From Chrysochromulina tobinii (lineage: Eukaryota), in contig JWZX01003333.1 of NCBI GenBank assembly GCA_001275005.1, forward strand, positions 1 through 36,444: a stretch of DNA of 36,444 bases. The letters run 5' to 3'. A model generated the notes under the pieces. That model ran no database searches. It was given only the letters and a program-made list of their open reading frames with translations, and was not told where the DNA came from. Shown one piece after another: positions 20,558-30,257 of the stretch; the first letter of the stretch is position 1, and every line of letters begins with the position of its first letter. The translations under genes were made by a program, and so were the position numbers.

Positions 20558-20907
20558 TTGCCTCCTAATTGCCTCCGAATCGCCTCCTTATTGCCTCTTA
20601 ATTGCTCGAGCCGGAACCCGCGGCGTCGGGGCAGTTGTGAGAGAGCGGCGCCGCGAACTCGCCGCCTTTCTGACGCATGTGGAACGATGCCTGGATGATT
20701 GCGTTATGCCTGGATGATATCTATGTTTGTTCCTCTAAGACGTCCTAATAGCGCGAGCTCTAGCGGTAGCACTACGAGTACGTTTACGATAAGCCGTCGA
20801 GTCGATGCATGGCGTGCATGGACCATGTGGACCGCATGGTGCCCGTCGGTGCGGGTGTGCATTGCGTTGTGCACATTGACACAAAAAATACACTCTTCGG
20901 GGCGACC

Positions 20908-22110
20908 CTATTTCTGCAAATGGTAGCTAGAGTCTACGCCCTCGCCGCCGCCGCCCTTGCCGCTGCCGCCCTCGCCGTCGCCGCCTTCACCGCCACCGCG
21001 ATCGTCCTCACCCTCCTCGTCGTCCTCCCCCTCCTCGTCGTCCTCCCCCTCCTCGTCGTCCTCCCTCTCCTCGTCGTCCTCCCCCCCCTCCTCCTCACCC
21101 TCCTCATCGTCCTCACCCTCCTCATCGTCCTCTGCCTCATCCTCGCCTTCCGAAGCCGATGCCTCCGACGCTGACAGAGCGCTCGCATCCGACTCATGAT
21201 CATCACCATCCTCCTCCTCTTCTGGGCGCAGAGCATCGACGGCCCATCGATCATCATCATTCCCAGTCCCCTCCCAATCTCCCTGCCTTGGAGTAGTCAA
21301 CGGTCCAAAAGGCAAAGCGGCCATGAAAGCGCGCCTGTTCGCACTAACCGTGTCGCTGATGCGAAGCTTCGCGGAGCGCCACGGGGAAGACTCGTCGAGG
21401 TGATCACTAAGATCACAAAGAGAGTATCCCGACGGGAGAGTATCCCGATGCCAAGAGAGCCAAACATCCACAAGTGCGACCGCCTTCTGCATGTTCTCCT
21501 CCCGCCAGAGCTGGACGAGAGCAGCCAGAACCCGCTCCAGGGTCCGCATGTCACGCTCGATCTCCAGGGTTGAGGGCCAGGGTCGAAAACTCGTCCATAC
21601 GTAGAGCACGCGGCCGGCCGCCTCGACGTTGCGCCAGCGCTGTAGGCCGCAAACGATCGATTGGAGGCGGCGCGTGTACTTCCTGTTGCGCCTGAACAGA
21701 TAGTGGACCTCTTCCTGCCCCTCCCCGTACCGGTCCTTGAATCGTGAGGCCATGGCTATGAGAAAGTGGCCCGCCATGTTTGCTTTGTGCCAGAATTCGA
21801 GGCCCAGCATGAACTGCATCGGGTCGCGCTTCCAGAGCGGCTTGAAGCGCCGCAGCAACTTGGGGCACGTGCCCCATCTGTGTGTTTGCTCCTGAATAAG
21901 CAAGTCTGATTTCACGTAGTCATCTTCAGCAGCCGCCACAGCGCACGCGACGCTCCATTCGCTGACTAGGACAGCACGCCCCAGGCGGCACATAGCCCAA
22001 GAAATAGCTTTGAGAGCCCGAAGCTGATCAAAGCTGCAGTGTATTATGATTTGTCGCTGCAGATCCTCCGACAGGCTATCCCACGGCGCAGCGAACGCAG
22101 GCGCCGACAT
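20908..22110 (-). CDS. Hypothetical protein with an N-terminal F-box-like motif and an acidic (EDDEEG)n tail
   Basis: WDSLSEDLQRQIIIHCSFDQLRALKAISWAMCRL resembles an F-box; single 400 aa ORF. Confidence 0.65.
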   Translation of the reverse strand: MSAPAFAAPWDSLSEDLQRQIIIHCSFDQLRALKAISWAMCRLGRAVLVSEWSVACAVAAAEDDYVKSDLLIQEQTHRWGTCPKLLRRFKPLWKRDPMQFMLGLEFWHKANMAGHFLIAMASRFKDRYGEGQEEVHYLFRRNRKYTRRLQSIVCGLQRWRNVEAAGRVLYVWTSFRPWPSTLEIERDMRTLERVLAALVQLWREENMQKAVALVDVWLSWHRDTLPSGYSLCDLSDHLDESSPWRSAKLRISDTVSANRRAFMAALPFGPLTTPRQGDWEGTGNDDDRWAVDALRPEEEEDGDDHESDASALSASEASASEGEDEAEDDEEGEDDEEGEEEGGEDDEEREDDEEGEDDEEGEDDEEGEDDRGGGEGGDGEGGSGKGGGGEGVDSSYHLQK

Positions 22111-22746
22111 CGCTGTTCGCTCGACTTTCCTAACTTAGATTTTGCGCCGTAATGGGCACAGTGCGGCACAAGGAGGTGCTTGGTGGGAAAACTGTGCAGT
22201 TACTTGTAACGTATACATAGCACGCATAAGAGGACCCGCAAACTGGAATGCCGTGGGGTGGCCAAAGCCCGCAAACCGGGACCGATGAGCTCCGAGCAAT
22301 TGGCTCCGAGGCGTGGCGCTGTTCAACGCAACGGCCATGAACGCTAAATTGGTAAATAAGCGGAGGCACGAGGCACCATCAAGGTGTAGGCGTAAAGGGT
22401 TTATTTGGTGCAATGCGCTTTTAAACATTGGTCATTGCCTTTGCGAAATATGGCTATTTCTTGGGCTATTTGGCGCGACACCCCGCACGACGTGAAACCA
22501 ATGCGTGCAACTCGGCACGCACCGGATCGCAAGGTTCGCGCGACGCGGCGCCGTGTTCGTAGGTCCGACAGAGTCAGACCGCGCGACTGACCGACGGACT
22601 TGAAGATACTTCGCTGACAGACGACGCCGAGAGGGCGGGAAGCGCCTTTTCGGGCAAGGCGATCCCACAGGGGTCAAGGCGGTGTGGAGCTCTCACTTCT
22701 GGCGCTCATCAGCCTCGTCACCTTTGAGGCAATCTCCCGATGTGTC

Positions 22747-23481
22747 TCACTTCTTGGCGGCCATCAGCCTCGTCACCTTTGAGGCAATCTCCATCTTCTC
22801 CTCGGCATCAAGCTCACGCCCGAGGACCTCCTCTTTGTTCTTAATCGAGGCCTCTATCAGGCCTTCGAGCGTGAGCGGCACCTCCGACACGGACGAGGAG
22901 CGTGTCGACTCGCCTACACTCTTTCGGGGCGCGGCCGCGACGGCCACCGGAGCCGGTGCCGGCTCGTCACCGGAGAGCACCTTCGCCAGCAGCGGCTTCA
23001 CCTCCTCGTCTCGACACACCTTGCCGCCGAAGCCGTCCGGCTTCAGCTTTTTGCAACCCGCCACGGGCGACGCCGGCTTCGAGCCAGGCGGTTCCATGTC
23101 CCCATAGTTGCGTTTCTTGAACTGCAGAAGAGCGGAGGAGGCGAAGCGTGTCGGGACCCATGGACAATGAGTGTGTTCACCGGAGTGGCAGCTGGAATAT
23201 TCCTTTGCAGAAAGGGCTCGCTGACAGAAGGTTTCACTGGCAGTAGGCTTCAGAGGCTGGGTCCGGGACCGCTGTTTCCATGCATGCCTTCATGTGCATG
23301 CTCCAGAAGGCGGACACACCTGCACCTCCCCTCGATCGAGAGGATTGACGATTGCAAACGATGGGGCGATGGGTGCGAGGGCTGCGATGCATCCGCCTAT
23401 GGCGGCGCGTCGGCCGACGCCAAGCTGCAGGCCACTGGCAGTGCCGATCACGACCAAAAGTCCGAACAAAGTGCGCAACAT
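22747..23481 (-). CDS. Small, probably plastid/thylakoid-lumen-targeted protein; exons 23481-23320 and 23121-22747
   Basis: Signal peptide MLRTLFGLLVVIGTASG, then an RR-hydrophobic-SFA segment resembling a Tat signal. Intron 23122-23319 (CAG|GTGTGT...TTCTGCAG|TTC) joins EVQ-FKKRNYGDMEPP in frame. Confidence 0.7.
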
Positions 23482-23654
23482 TTTATTGCCGCACCTCGCC
23501 GAAATCTCGGTGCTGGACTGACGAAATCTGAATGTTTTGGGTTGAGGGAAGAAGCGGAGGACAGTGGCACGAAAGCTTCACGCACTTACATTAAGTGCTT
23601 CGAACAAGTCTCCACCAAAGATGGTCATATGCAGACAGGTCTGACAGGACGCAA

Positions 23655-26035
23655 ATGCTGAGCCTCGAGCGCCGGCTTTCGGCGCAGCTGAGCTTCGACG
23701 ATAGCAAGCAAAAGATCCTCGCGGCGCTGCTCGCCGATAATGAGGACCTGCGCAAGCAGAACATCTAGCTCGAGATGGAGAACCGCCGGCTGCAGCACAC
23801 GCTCGACCTCGAGGAACGCCGCCAACCACGAGATGGCGTCCGCGAATCTGTTTTCGGACGCGTACGATTGGATCGTGGACATCCAGCTGCTTTCCGACGT
23901 GTCCAAACAGGGCTGGAAGGTCCAGTTCTCGGGCGAATTCCTCGCCGGCCTTGACAAGGCCGAGCGCGCACAGGTGCTCTCGCAAGGCAAGTGGACTGCC
24001 GAGGACGGCGCGCAGAGCACGGATGGCTTCGGGCAGCCGCCGGCGTCCGCGTGGCGCGGTGCCATCGTCGCCGTGCTCGGCCTGTACGACAAGGGCAAGA
24101 CCTTCGTGCTCAACAACATCTCGAACGCGAAGCTGCCCTCGGGCAAGAAGGTGGCGACCAAGGGCCTCTCCTTCAAGCACGTCGACTGATTGCATGCTGA
24201 TTGCATGATGAGTGCCTCCCTCATCAGGTGGCGACCAAGGGCCTCTCCTTCAAGCACGTAGAGGTGTCCGGCGGCACCAAGTTCATCCTGCTCGACTCGG
24301 AGGGCTCGTTCTCACCGGTCAAGGTTTCGAATGAGCTCTCGGTCGTCGAGAAGGAGGCCACAGAGCTCTTCCTACAGGAGCTCATCTTCGAGATGTCGGA
24401 TTACTTCCTGTGCGACGGATTGCGTCTGATGGCGTCTGATGGCGTCTGATGGCGTCTGATTGCGTCTGATTGCGTCTGATTGTGTGTGATTGCCTCTGAT
24501 TACATCTGATTGCCTCTGATTACGACGAGTGCTTCTCCTTGCCGCTGATTGCATCGGATTACCTCTGATTGCCTCTGATTGAGATGGATTGCCACCGATC
24601 GACTGCAGGTGCGTCGTCAACGACTTCACCTCGCTTGACCAGCGCTATCTCGACAAGTTGACACGCAATCTCCAAAACTCCAAAAAGGACTTTCGCGAGG
24701 TGATCGTGGTACACAACTGTAAGGAGGTCATTGACGAGGATACACTCCGATACGTGTGGGAGACGCAGGCGACTGCCATCTATGGCAGCGGCACGCCGCA
24801 GACGACGCTTGTAGCCGCGACCGACCCGGCCACGAACACCCTCGTTGAGAAAGCCGTGGGCTGGTTCAAGACGCCCTTTTCCCGCCACGTGCTCCTCGCG
24901 AACTCAGACTCCGATCTCGGAGAGAATCTCAACCCGTGGGCCTTCTCCTTGCTGCGCTACTGGCTCAAGAGTGAGCTGTTGATGACCTCTGATGACCTCT
25001 GATGGCCTCTGATGGCCTCTGATGGCCTCTGATGACCTCTGATGACCTCTGATGACCTCTGATGACCGCTCGTCTCAAGAGTGAGCTGCTGATGAGCGCT
25101 GATGAGCTCCGATGGTCGTTGATGGCAGTTGATGGCCGCTGATGACCTCCGATGGCCGCTGAGCGCCACCGATCGCCCCATAGGCGTCTTCATCCCCGTC
25201 GCTCGCGATTTCTCGGTCGTCGACGCGGTGGTGCACTATTCGAATCAGAAGCTCGCCACGCACTTCAAGACGCACCCGCAGCTGGCGCTCACGCACACAG
25301 AAGAGGCAGGTACAGAAGGGCGCGTCTGGTACATCCGCTCGCACTCGGAGGCTCCGGAGCGATTGCGGCTTCATCAGCTGTCCGTCGATGCTTCCGGCAT
25401 CATGCTGGCGCGTCCGGACTCGTACCTGCCGCCTGTCGACATCGTGCGAGAGCCGGACGCGTACAACATCTACATGGACCTGCCCGGCATGACGCGTGAC
25501 CAGGTGAAGCTCTCCCGCCAAAACGTGGTGACCATCGTCAAGGCCGTCGAGCTGCATGCAGGTGCTCACCGCGGCGCCCGCCCCTCTTCCCCACAGGTGA
25601 AGCTCTCCCGCCAAAACGTGGTGACCATCGTCAAGGGTACCCGGGAAAGTGGCCTGTCAGACCGTGAGATCGCAACCTCGGTCACGCGCCAGGAGCGCAA
25701 GGCAGGAGAGTTCACGATGACCTTCCGGATCCCCGAGGAGTATCAGGTGAGATTGCCTCTGATTGCCTCTGATTGCCACTGATGGTCTCTGATTGCCTCT
25801 GATTGTCTCTGATTGCCACTGACCTTTCGGATCCCCGAGGAGTACCAGGTGAGATTGCCTCTGATTGTCTCAGATTGCCTCTGATGGTCTCTGATTGCCA
25901 CTGACCTTTCGGATCCCCGAGGAGCAACAGAGACGATGGGAGTCGGCCGACATGGAGAATGGCGTGCTGCGAATCAGATACCTCAAGGACGAGGAGGAGG
26001 AGGAGGGCAAGGGCGAAGTTAATCCTATTGCATAG
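23655..26035 (+). CDS. P-loop GTPase-like domain fused to a C-terminal HSP20/alpha-crystallin domain; 6 exons; the 5' coiled-coil part has an in-frame TAG (23766) and a frame discontinuity (~23815)
   Basis: VAVLGLYDKGKTFVLN (Walker A), TKG, LLDSEG, VVHN; then PPVDIVREPDAYNIYMDLPGM...ERKAGEFTMTFRIP...MENGVLRIRY (HSP20). Exons end at 24150, then 24228-24409, 24609-24970, 25184-25503, 25597-25746, 25931-26035. Alternative ATG at 23833. Confidence 0.8.
24151..24227 (+). other. Intron (77 nt): perfect 32 nt duplication, family A 3' end
   Basis: GTGGCGACCAAGGGCCTCTCCTTCAAGCACGT at 24151 and 24228; ends GTGCCTCCCTCATCAG. Confidence 0.9.
24410..24608 (+). other. Intron (199 nt) made of (CTGATKGCST)n decamers
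   Basis: CT|GTGCGACG...ACTGCAG|GTGCGTCG restores DYFLCVVNDF. Confidence 0.85.
24971..25183 (+). other. Intron (213 nt) with (CTGATGRCCT)n and an internal copy of its own donor junction
   Basis: CTCAAGA|GTGAGCTG at 24964-24978 recurs at 25074-25088; the acceptor CCCATAG|GC restores WLKSVFIP. Confidence 0.83.
25504..25596 (+). other. Intron (93 nt): perfect 40 nt duplication, family B 3' end
   Basis: 25504-25543 equals 25597-25636; ends GCATGCAGGTGCTCACCGCGGCGCCCGCCCCTCTTCCCCACAG. Confidence 0.9.
25747..25930 (+). other. Intron (184 nt) whose 3' end copies the upstream exon end
   Basis: GACCTTYCGGATCCCCGAGGAGYAHCAG occurs three times (ending 25746, 25848, 25930); splicing restores EEYQ-RRWESADMENG. 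Confidence 0.83.
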
Positions 26036-26659
26036 GGCGGCAGCGCTCCCCGAGCATCGTCTATGAAGCCTGCAAGCAGCAAGAAGATGCCCTTGCCGCG
26101 CACTAATCCGGCCTGAGGCATTCCGCGGGCACCGCAAGCAGGTCGTACGTTACGTAGTAGACGCGTCAGTACGTAGTAGAGTTTAGGCAGGCATTGAGTT
26201 TGAGATGCATCGTGTACTGTACCACACACATAACCCGCACACCCGAAGGGAACGTAAACGGAACGCCGCACGGCCATGTGCCGTCCGGGAGCCATGCCGG
26301 GAGCGTGCACCTTGCACCTTGTCCTTGACGCTTGAGAGACCTGACTCATAGTCATACAGACTTTCATGTTGAGCCCGGTGAGCGGACGGGATCTAGACGG
26401 AAGGATGATGCATGCGAGTTGAGTTTGTTGCATACGGCAACACCACCGGTCGACGCCTGCAATGTGGGTTTTCGAGGTGTGCCAAACAGTATACATGGAC
26501 GGGACTGAAATGAAACGAGTGTGAACGTCTACGAGGTGTGAAACGTGTCAAGTCAAGCCTATACATAAACAACAGACAACCGTACGAAAGCCTAACTGCA
26601 GTACTTGACTTGACTTGACAAGTGTTAAAAAGAGGTGTTAAGTCTGTCCGGAGGTGTTA

Positions 26660-28571
26660 ATGCCTGTCGTGCCGCTGCTTGCGGCTGCCTTCCTCCTTGG
26701 ACATGCCATCTGGCCTGCCGCCGCGAGCTGGACCAGGCACGAGGTGTTCCTCACCTGGGCTCGCCAGCAGGGGCTACGCCTTGGACCCGTTTGCATTGTG
26801 CCCTCGACTCTCGGCGGCTTCGGTGTTTTCGCGGAACGCGACATTGCACTCGGGGAAATGGTGTTTGCCGTGCCGAAACGATTGCACGTGGGCTTGAAGG
26901 CAGCATTAGCTGACCCAAGCTGAGGCGCAGAGTTTGAATCTCGCGTCGAGGATGGCAATGCTCTTGGCGTGCTGTGCGCGTTTCTGGCCAAAGAGGCCTT
27001 GTGCAGCGACGGAGCCTTCAAACCGTACATCGACACCCTGGACTTGACCGTCGCAAATCCCGACTATGTGCAGTTCTGGACCGAGGAGGAGGTGGATCTG
27101 CTCTCCGGCACCGCCGCGTACCAGATCGCTTTGGACGTGCGGGCCGAGGCCGAGGACGTCGTCAGGTTTGCGCTCAGTCTGGATTCCCTCCGGAGGTGTG
27201 TGCATCAGGACCTATCGGCGCGAGGTGTACCGATGGACGCGGCGGTAGTCGAGGAGAGGATCGCGACGTGCGTCCGCCGCGCACACGCCGCGGTGCTCAG
27301 CCGCTCGTTTGACGACCTGAGCGACTTTGGCGCGCGGGAGATGATCCCTCTCCTCGACGTGCTGCAGCACGGCAAGCCGCCGTCCGTTCAACATCGAACG
27401 AAGGGGTCCGTGGACTTTGAACAGCCCGTGGATTGGACGGAGTGGGCTGATGAGGATGGAAGAGATGAGTGGGAGGAGGCGGCTCTCTCAGAGCCCTGTC
27501 TCGTCGCTCGCACGCGGCGATCTGTAGCCGCAGGTGAGCTCATCTTTTTTGGCGACCACCCTGAGTGCCTCCCTGAAGACCTCTCTGAGTGCATGCTGAT
27601 TGCCTCCCTCATCAGGCGAGGAACTACTCAACTTTTATGGAGACCACCCACATTTTGTGTTTGCGATGCACTACGGATTTGTGCCAAAGGTCGGTGTGCC
27701 TGCAGGCGTGCCTGCAGGCGTGCCTGCAGGCGTGCACCAAATGGCGACGTGCGTCCTGAACCTCGAGGGCGTCGCGGCGAAGATGGGCAGGACGATGGGC
27801 CCCGCCATCGCCTTGGCCGCGCAGTCGCGTGCGCTCGAGCTTTCGGACGACTGGACGCCTGACGACTTCGATGCGCACGACGACGATGCCTACCAGGGAG
27901 GGAGCGGGACGGAGCCGGCGCCGATCGAAGTGGAAGATGGGCACACATTCTTGGCCCATGTGCTCGCAGATGCTGCGCTGTGGATGAGGCTGCCCGAGCT
28001 CACCTTCTTCGTGAGCGACGAGCTCATTGAGCTCGCAATCTCTGAGGCCGAGATTGGCCGCTTGCCGTCGAACCAGTACGGCGCGGCGGCGCTCGTGGTC
28101 TGTGCGCGGCTGTGCGCGCTCGATGGGAGGACCCTCGAGGCCGTCGGCGGCCAGCAGACCGACCCGAACGAACAGCTCGAGGTGTGGGCACGTCCTCTGC
28201 CTCGTGTGCGCATGCAAGTGCTCACGACGGCGCCCACCTCCCCACAGGCCATGTTTCGTCAACTCCTCGACTCGGAAGATGGGCGGCTCTCGGCCGAGAA
28301 CGACTGGTTAGCGGCCTCGTTGCTCAGGGAAGCCGCGAGGGAGCGGCTGGCCGTGTGCCACGAGCCGCATGGGTGGCTATCCCAGGCGATGATGACGGCG
28401 AGGGAGGCTGGCGGAGCACCAGCACCACGGGAGGCGTGCGTTCGGCTGGCACGCGAGGTGCGCGAGGCGGAAGTGCTCGTCCTCGAACGGCTAGCGCATG
28501 GAGATGTCGCCGAGAGGATGTTCACCACACCCGAGATGCGACTGAATCGTGCAGCACAAACGCAAACGTAA
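26660..28571 (+). CDS. SET-domain protein lysine methyltransferase (Rubisco LSMT/SETD3-like) with a signal peptide; exons 26660-27533, 27616-28181, 28248-28571; in-frame TGA at 26921-26923
   Basis: GGFGVFAERDIALGEMVFAVP, FKPYIDTL, FWTEEEVDLLSGT, VLSRSF, MIPLLDVLQH and AGEELLNFYG...YGF. Confidence 0.85.
27534..27615 (+). other. Intron (82 nt): diverged exon duplication, family A 3' end
   Basis: CTCATCTTTTTTGGCGACCACCC in the intron versus CTCAACTTTTATGGAGACCACCC in the next exon; ends CTGATTGCCTCCCTCATCAG. Confidence 0.87.
28182..28247 (+). other. Intron (66 nt, in frame), family B 3' end
   Basis: GAG|GTGTGG...GCATGCAAGTGCTCACGACGGCGCCCACCTCCCCACAG|GCC. Confidence 0.8.
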
Positions 28572-28637
28572 CTGAGCTGTTCGTGGCGACCTTCCAAGAA
28601 AAGTAATATTGTTTACTAATTTTCGCGCACTGTTGCT

Positions 28638-28711
28638 AGTTTGAGAAAGGGTCAGTTGAATCGACACACAAGGCGAGTTTGAGAAAGGGTCAGTTGAATC
28701 GACACACAAGG
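28638..28711. repeat. Intergenic 36 bp perfect tandem duplication
   Basis: AGTTTGAGAAAGGGTCAGTTGAATCGACACACAAGG at 28638-28673 and 28676-28711. Confidence 0.9.
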
Positions 28712-28895
28712 TACCGACCAGCCACTACCACGCGAAACACTGCCACGCAGTGGTCGCGTCGCTCGGTGGACTAACACACCGGCGAGGATTTTTAAGGATC
28801 CGGCCCCCACCCCCGTCCCGGCCACGCGGCGAGTTTGTGCAGCTTCACAGATTGCTTCACAGCCAAATTGGTTTCTTCGGAGTCGGGGAAAATCG

Positions 28896-30074
28896 ATGCG
28901 ACTCCACAATTGGACGGAGATCCTCGCTCCTCTGGGCGAGGTACACAGTCTGGGGCACAGACGTCCGTTTCCGTGGAAAACTTCAACGCCATGCACATCA
29001 CGTGCAATCAGCCGCTCCGCCACGTCCGACGAGGGTTGGCATTGTGTTTGCAAGGCATCCCACCCCATGTTTCGGCACGTGCCCACATACCCGAAATCAC
29101 GACGTGCAGAAGAGGAGGAGTCTGTGTTTATGGCGGTTGCAAACACCACGGCACGCGTGCGTGCGACTGGTCTTCCGTTATGTCCGGAGGGTCTGGCGTT
29201 TAACGCGTTCGCACTCACAGAGGACGTTGCATGCCAAAAGCATCTGCCTGTATTCCAGCTCTTCGCATCAGCCGCGCGCTCTGAATCCCCACATGTTCGA
29301 TCCCAACCAGAGCTCATCAGAGAGTGGCTCGGCAACGCCCGGCCCTGGAGCTGGGACTGCGAGGCCAACACTTACACGGCTCCATACGCGGCGAACGTGC
29401 CAAGCCGCGCCGTGGACTGCTTGCGTGGCGACTCGCCACGCGGCGTGGATTTACCGACTGTCGATGAGGAGTACTTTGAGCTCGCGGACGCCATGATGGC
29501 CGTCGCATCGGCTGACATTGGAGGCAAATTCATCGTCGTCGAGGTTGGAGCCCGTTACGCGCCGTGGGCAGTGCGTGCCATGACCGCGGCGCGAATCTTG
29601 GGCCGCTCGCGCTCCTGGTTTGCCGTTGTGGTCGAGCCGGAGGCGCTACATGTCGCGTGGCTGAGGCAGCACTTTGCCATGAATGGGTTCGGGCCCGATA
29701 CGTACCGGGTCATTCAAGCACCATTCGACCGCGCGCCTCGAGGCGTCACACTCAACGAAACTTTACGTGGCCTCGAGCACGTCGACTTTCTCGACATGGA
29801 TGCGCAACGAGGCGAAATGTTCTTGGTGCAGAGCGCTGCCGATTCCGACGCCCTGCGCCGCGTGCGCCGCGTGCACATCGAAGGCCATGCTGACCACATC
29901 TCGGAGCATGTGGTCAGCACCCTGGAACGGCATGGCTTCAATGTGGTGCGTAACGCGAGCGCGCGTGTCTTCGACGTGTACCACTCCGCGGCCATGGGGC
30001 GCATGCAATTTCGCGGCGCCAGCATCTTCGGCGCGAACCGTCATTCGGCCAATACATGTCTTGGTATGTGTTGA
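28896..30074 (+). CDS. FkbM-like SAM-dependent methyltransferase (start uncertain)
   Basis: IVVEVGARYAPW, VVVEP, VDFLDMDAQRGE, VRRVHIEGH and LERHGF match the FkbM/Methyltransf_21 pattern. Confidence 0.75.
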   Translation: MRLHNWTEILAPLGEVHSLGHRRPFPWKTSTPCTSRAISRSATSDEGWHCVCKASHPMFRHVPTYPKSRRAEEEESVFMAVANTTARVRATGLPLCPEGLAFNAFALTEDVACQKHLPVFQLFASAARSESPHVRSQPELIREWLGNARPWSWDCEANTYTAPYAANVPSRAVDCLRGDSPRGVDLPTVDEEYFELADAMMAVASADIGGKFIVVEVGARYAPWAVRAMTAARILGRSRSWFAVVVEPEALHVAWLRQHFAMNGFGPDTYRVIQAPFDRAPRGVTLNETLRGLEHVDFLDMDAQRGEMFLVQSAADSDALRRVRRVHIEGHADHISEHVVSTLERHGFNVVRNASARVFDVYHSAAMGRMQFRGASIFGANRHSANTCLGMC

Positions 30075-30257
30075 GAGGAGGACACCAGTGACAGGTCAAG
30101 GCAGCGAGCGGGGGAAAGACGCATACCGGTACCGAATGATATGGAGAGATTCGATGGAGAGATTTTCGGCTAAGAGCTCGAGTTACCCTTCGACGCTGGT
30201 TCCCTTCATTGTTACTTTTCAGACACTTTGGCGCAGCGCGCACCGCTGACCGCCTCT

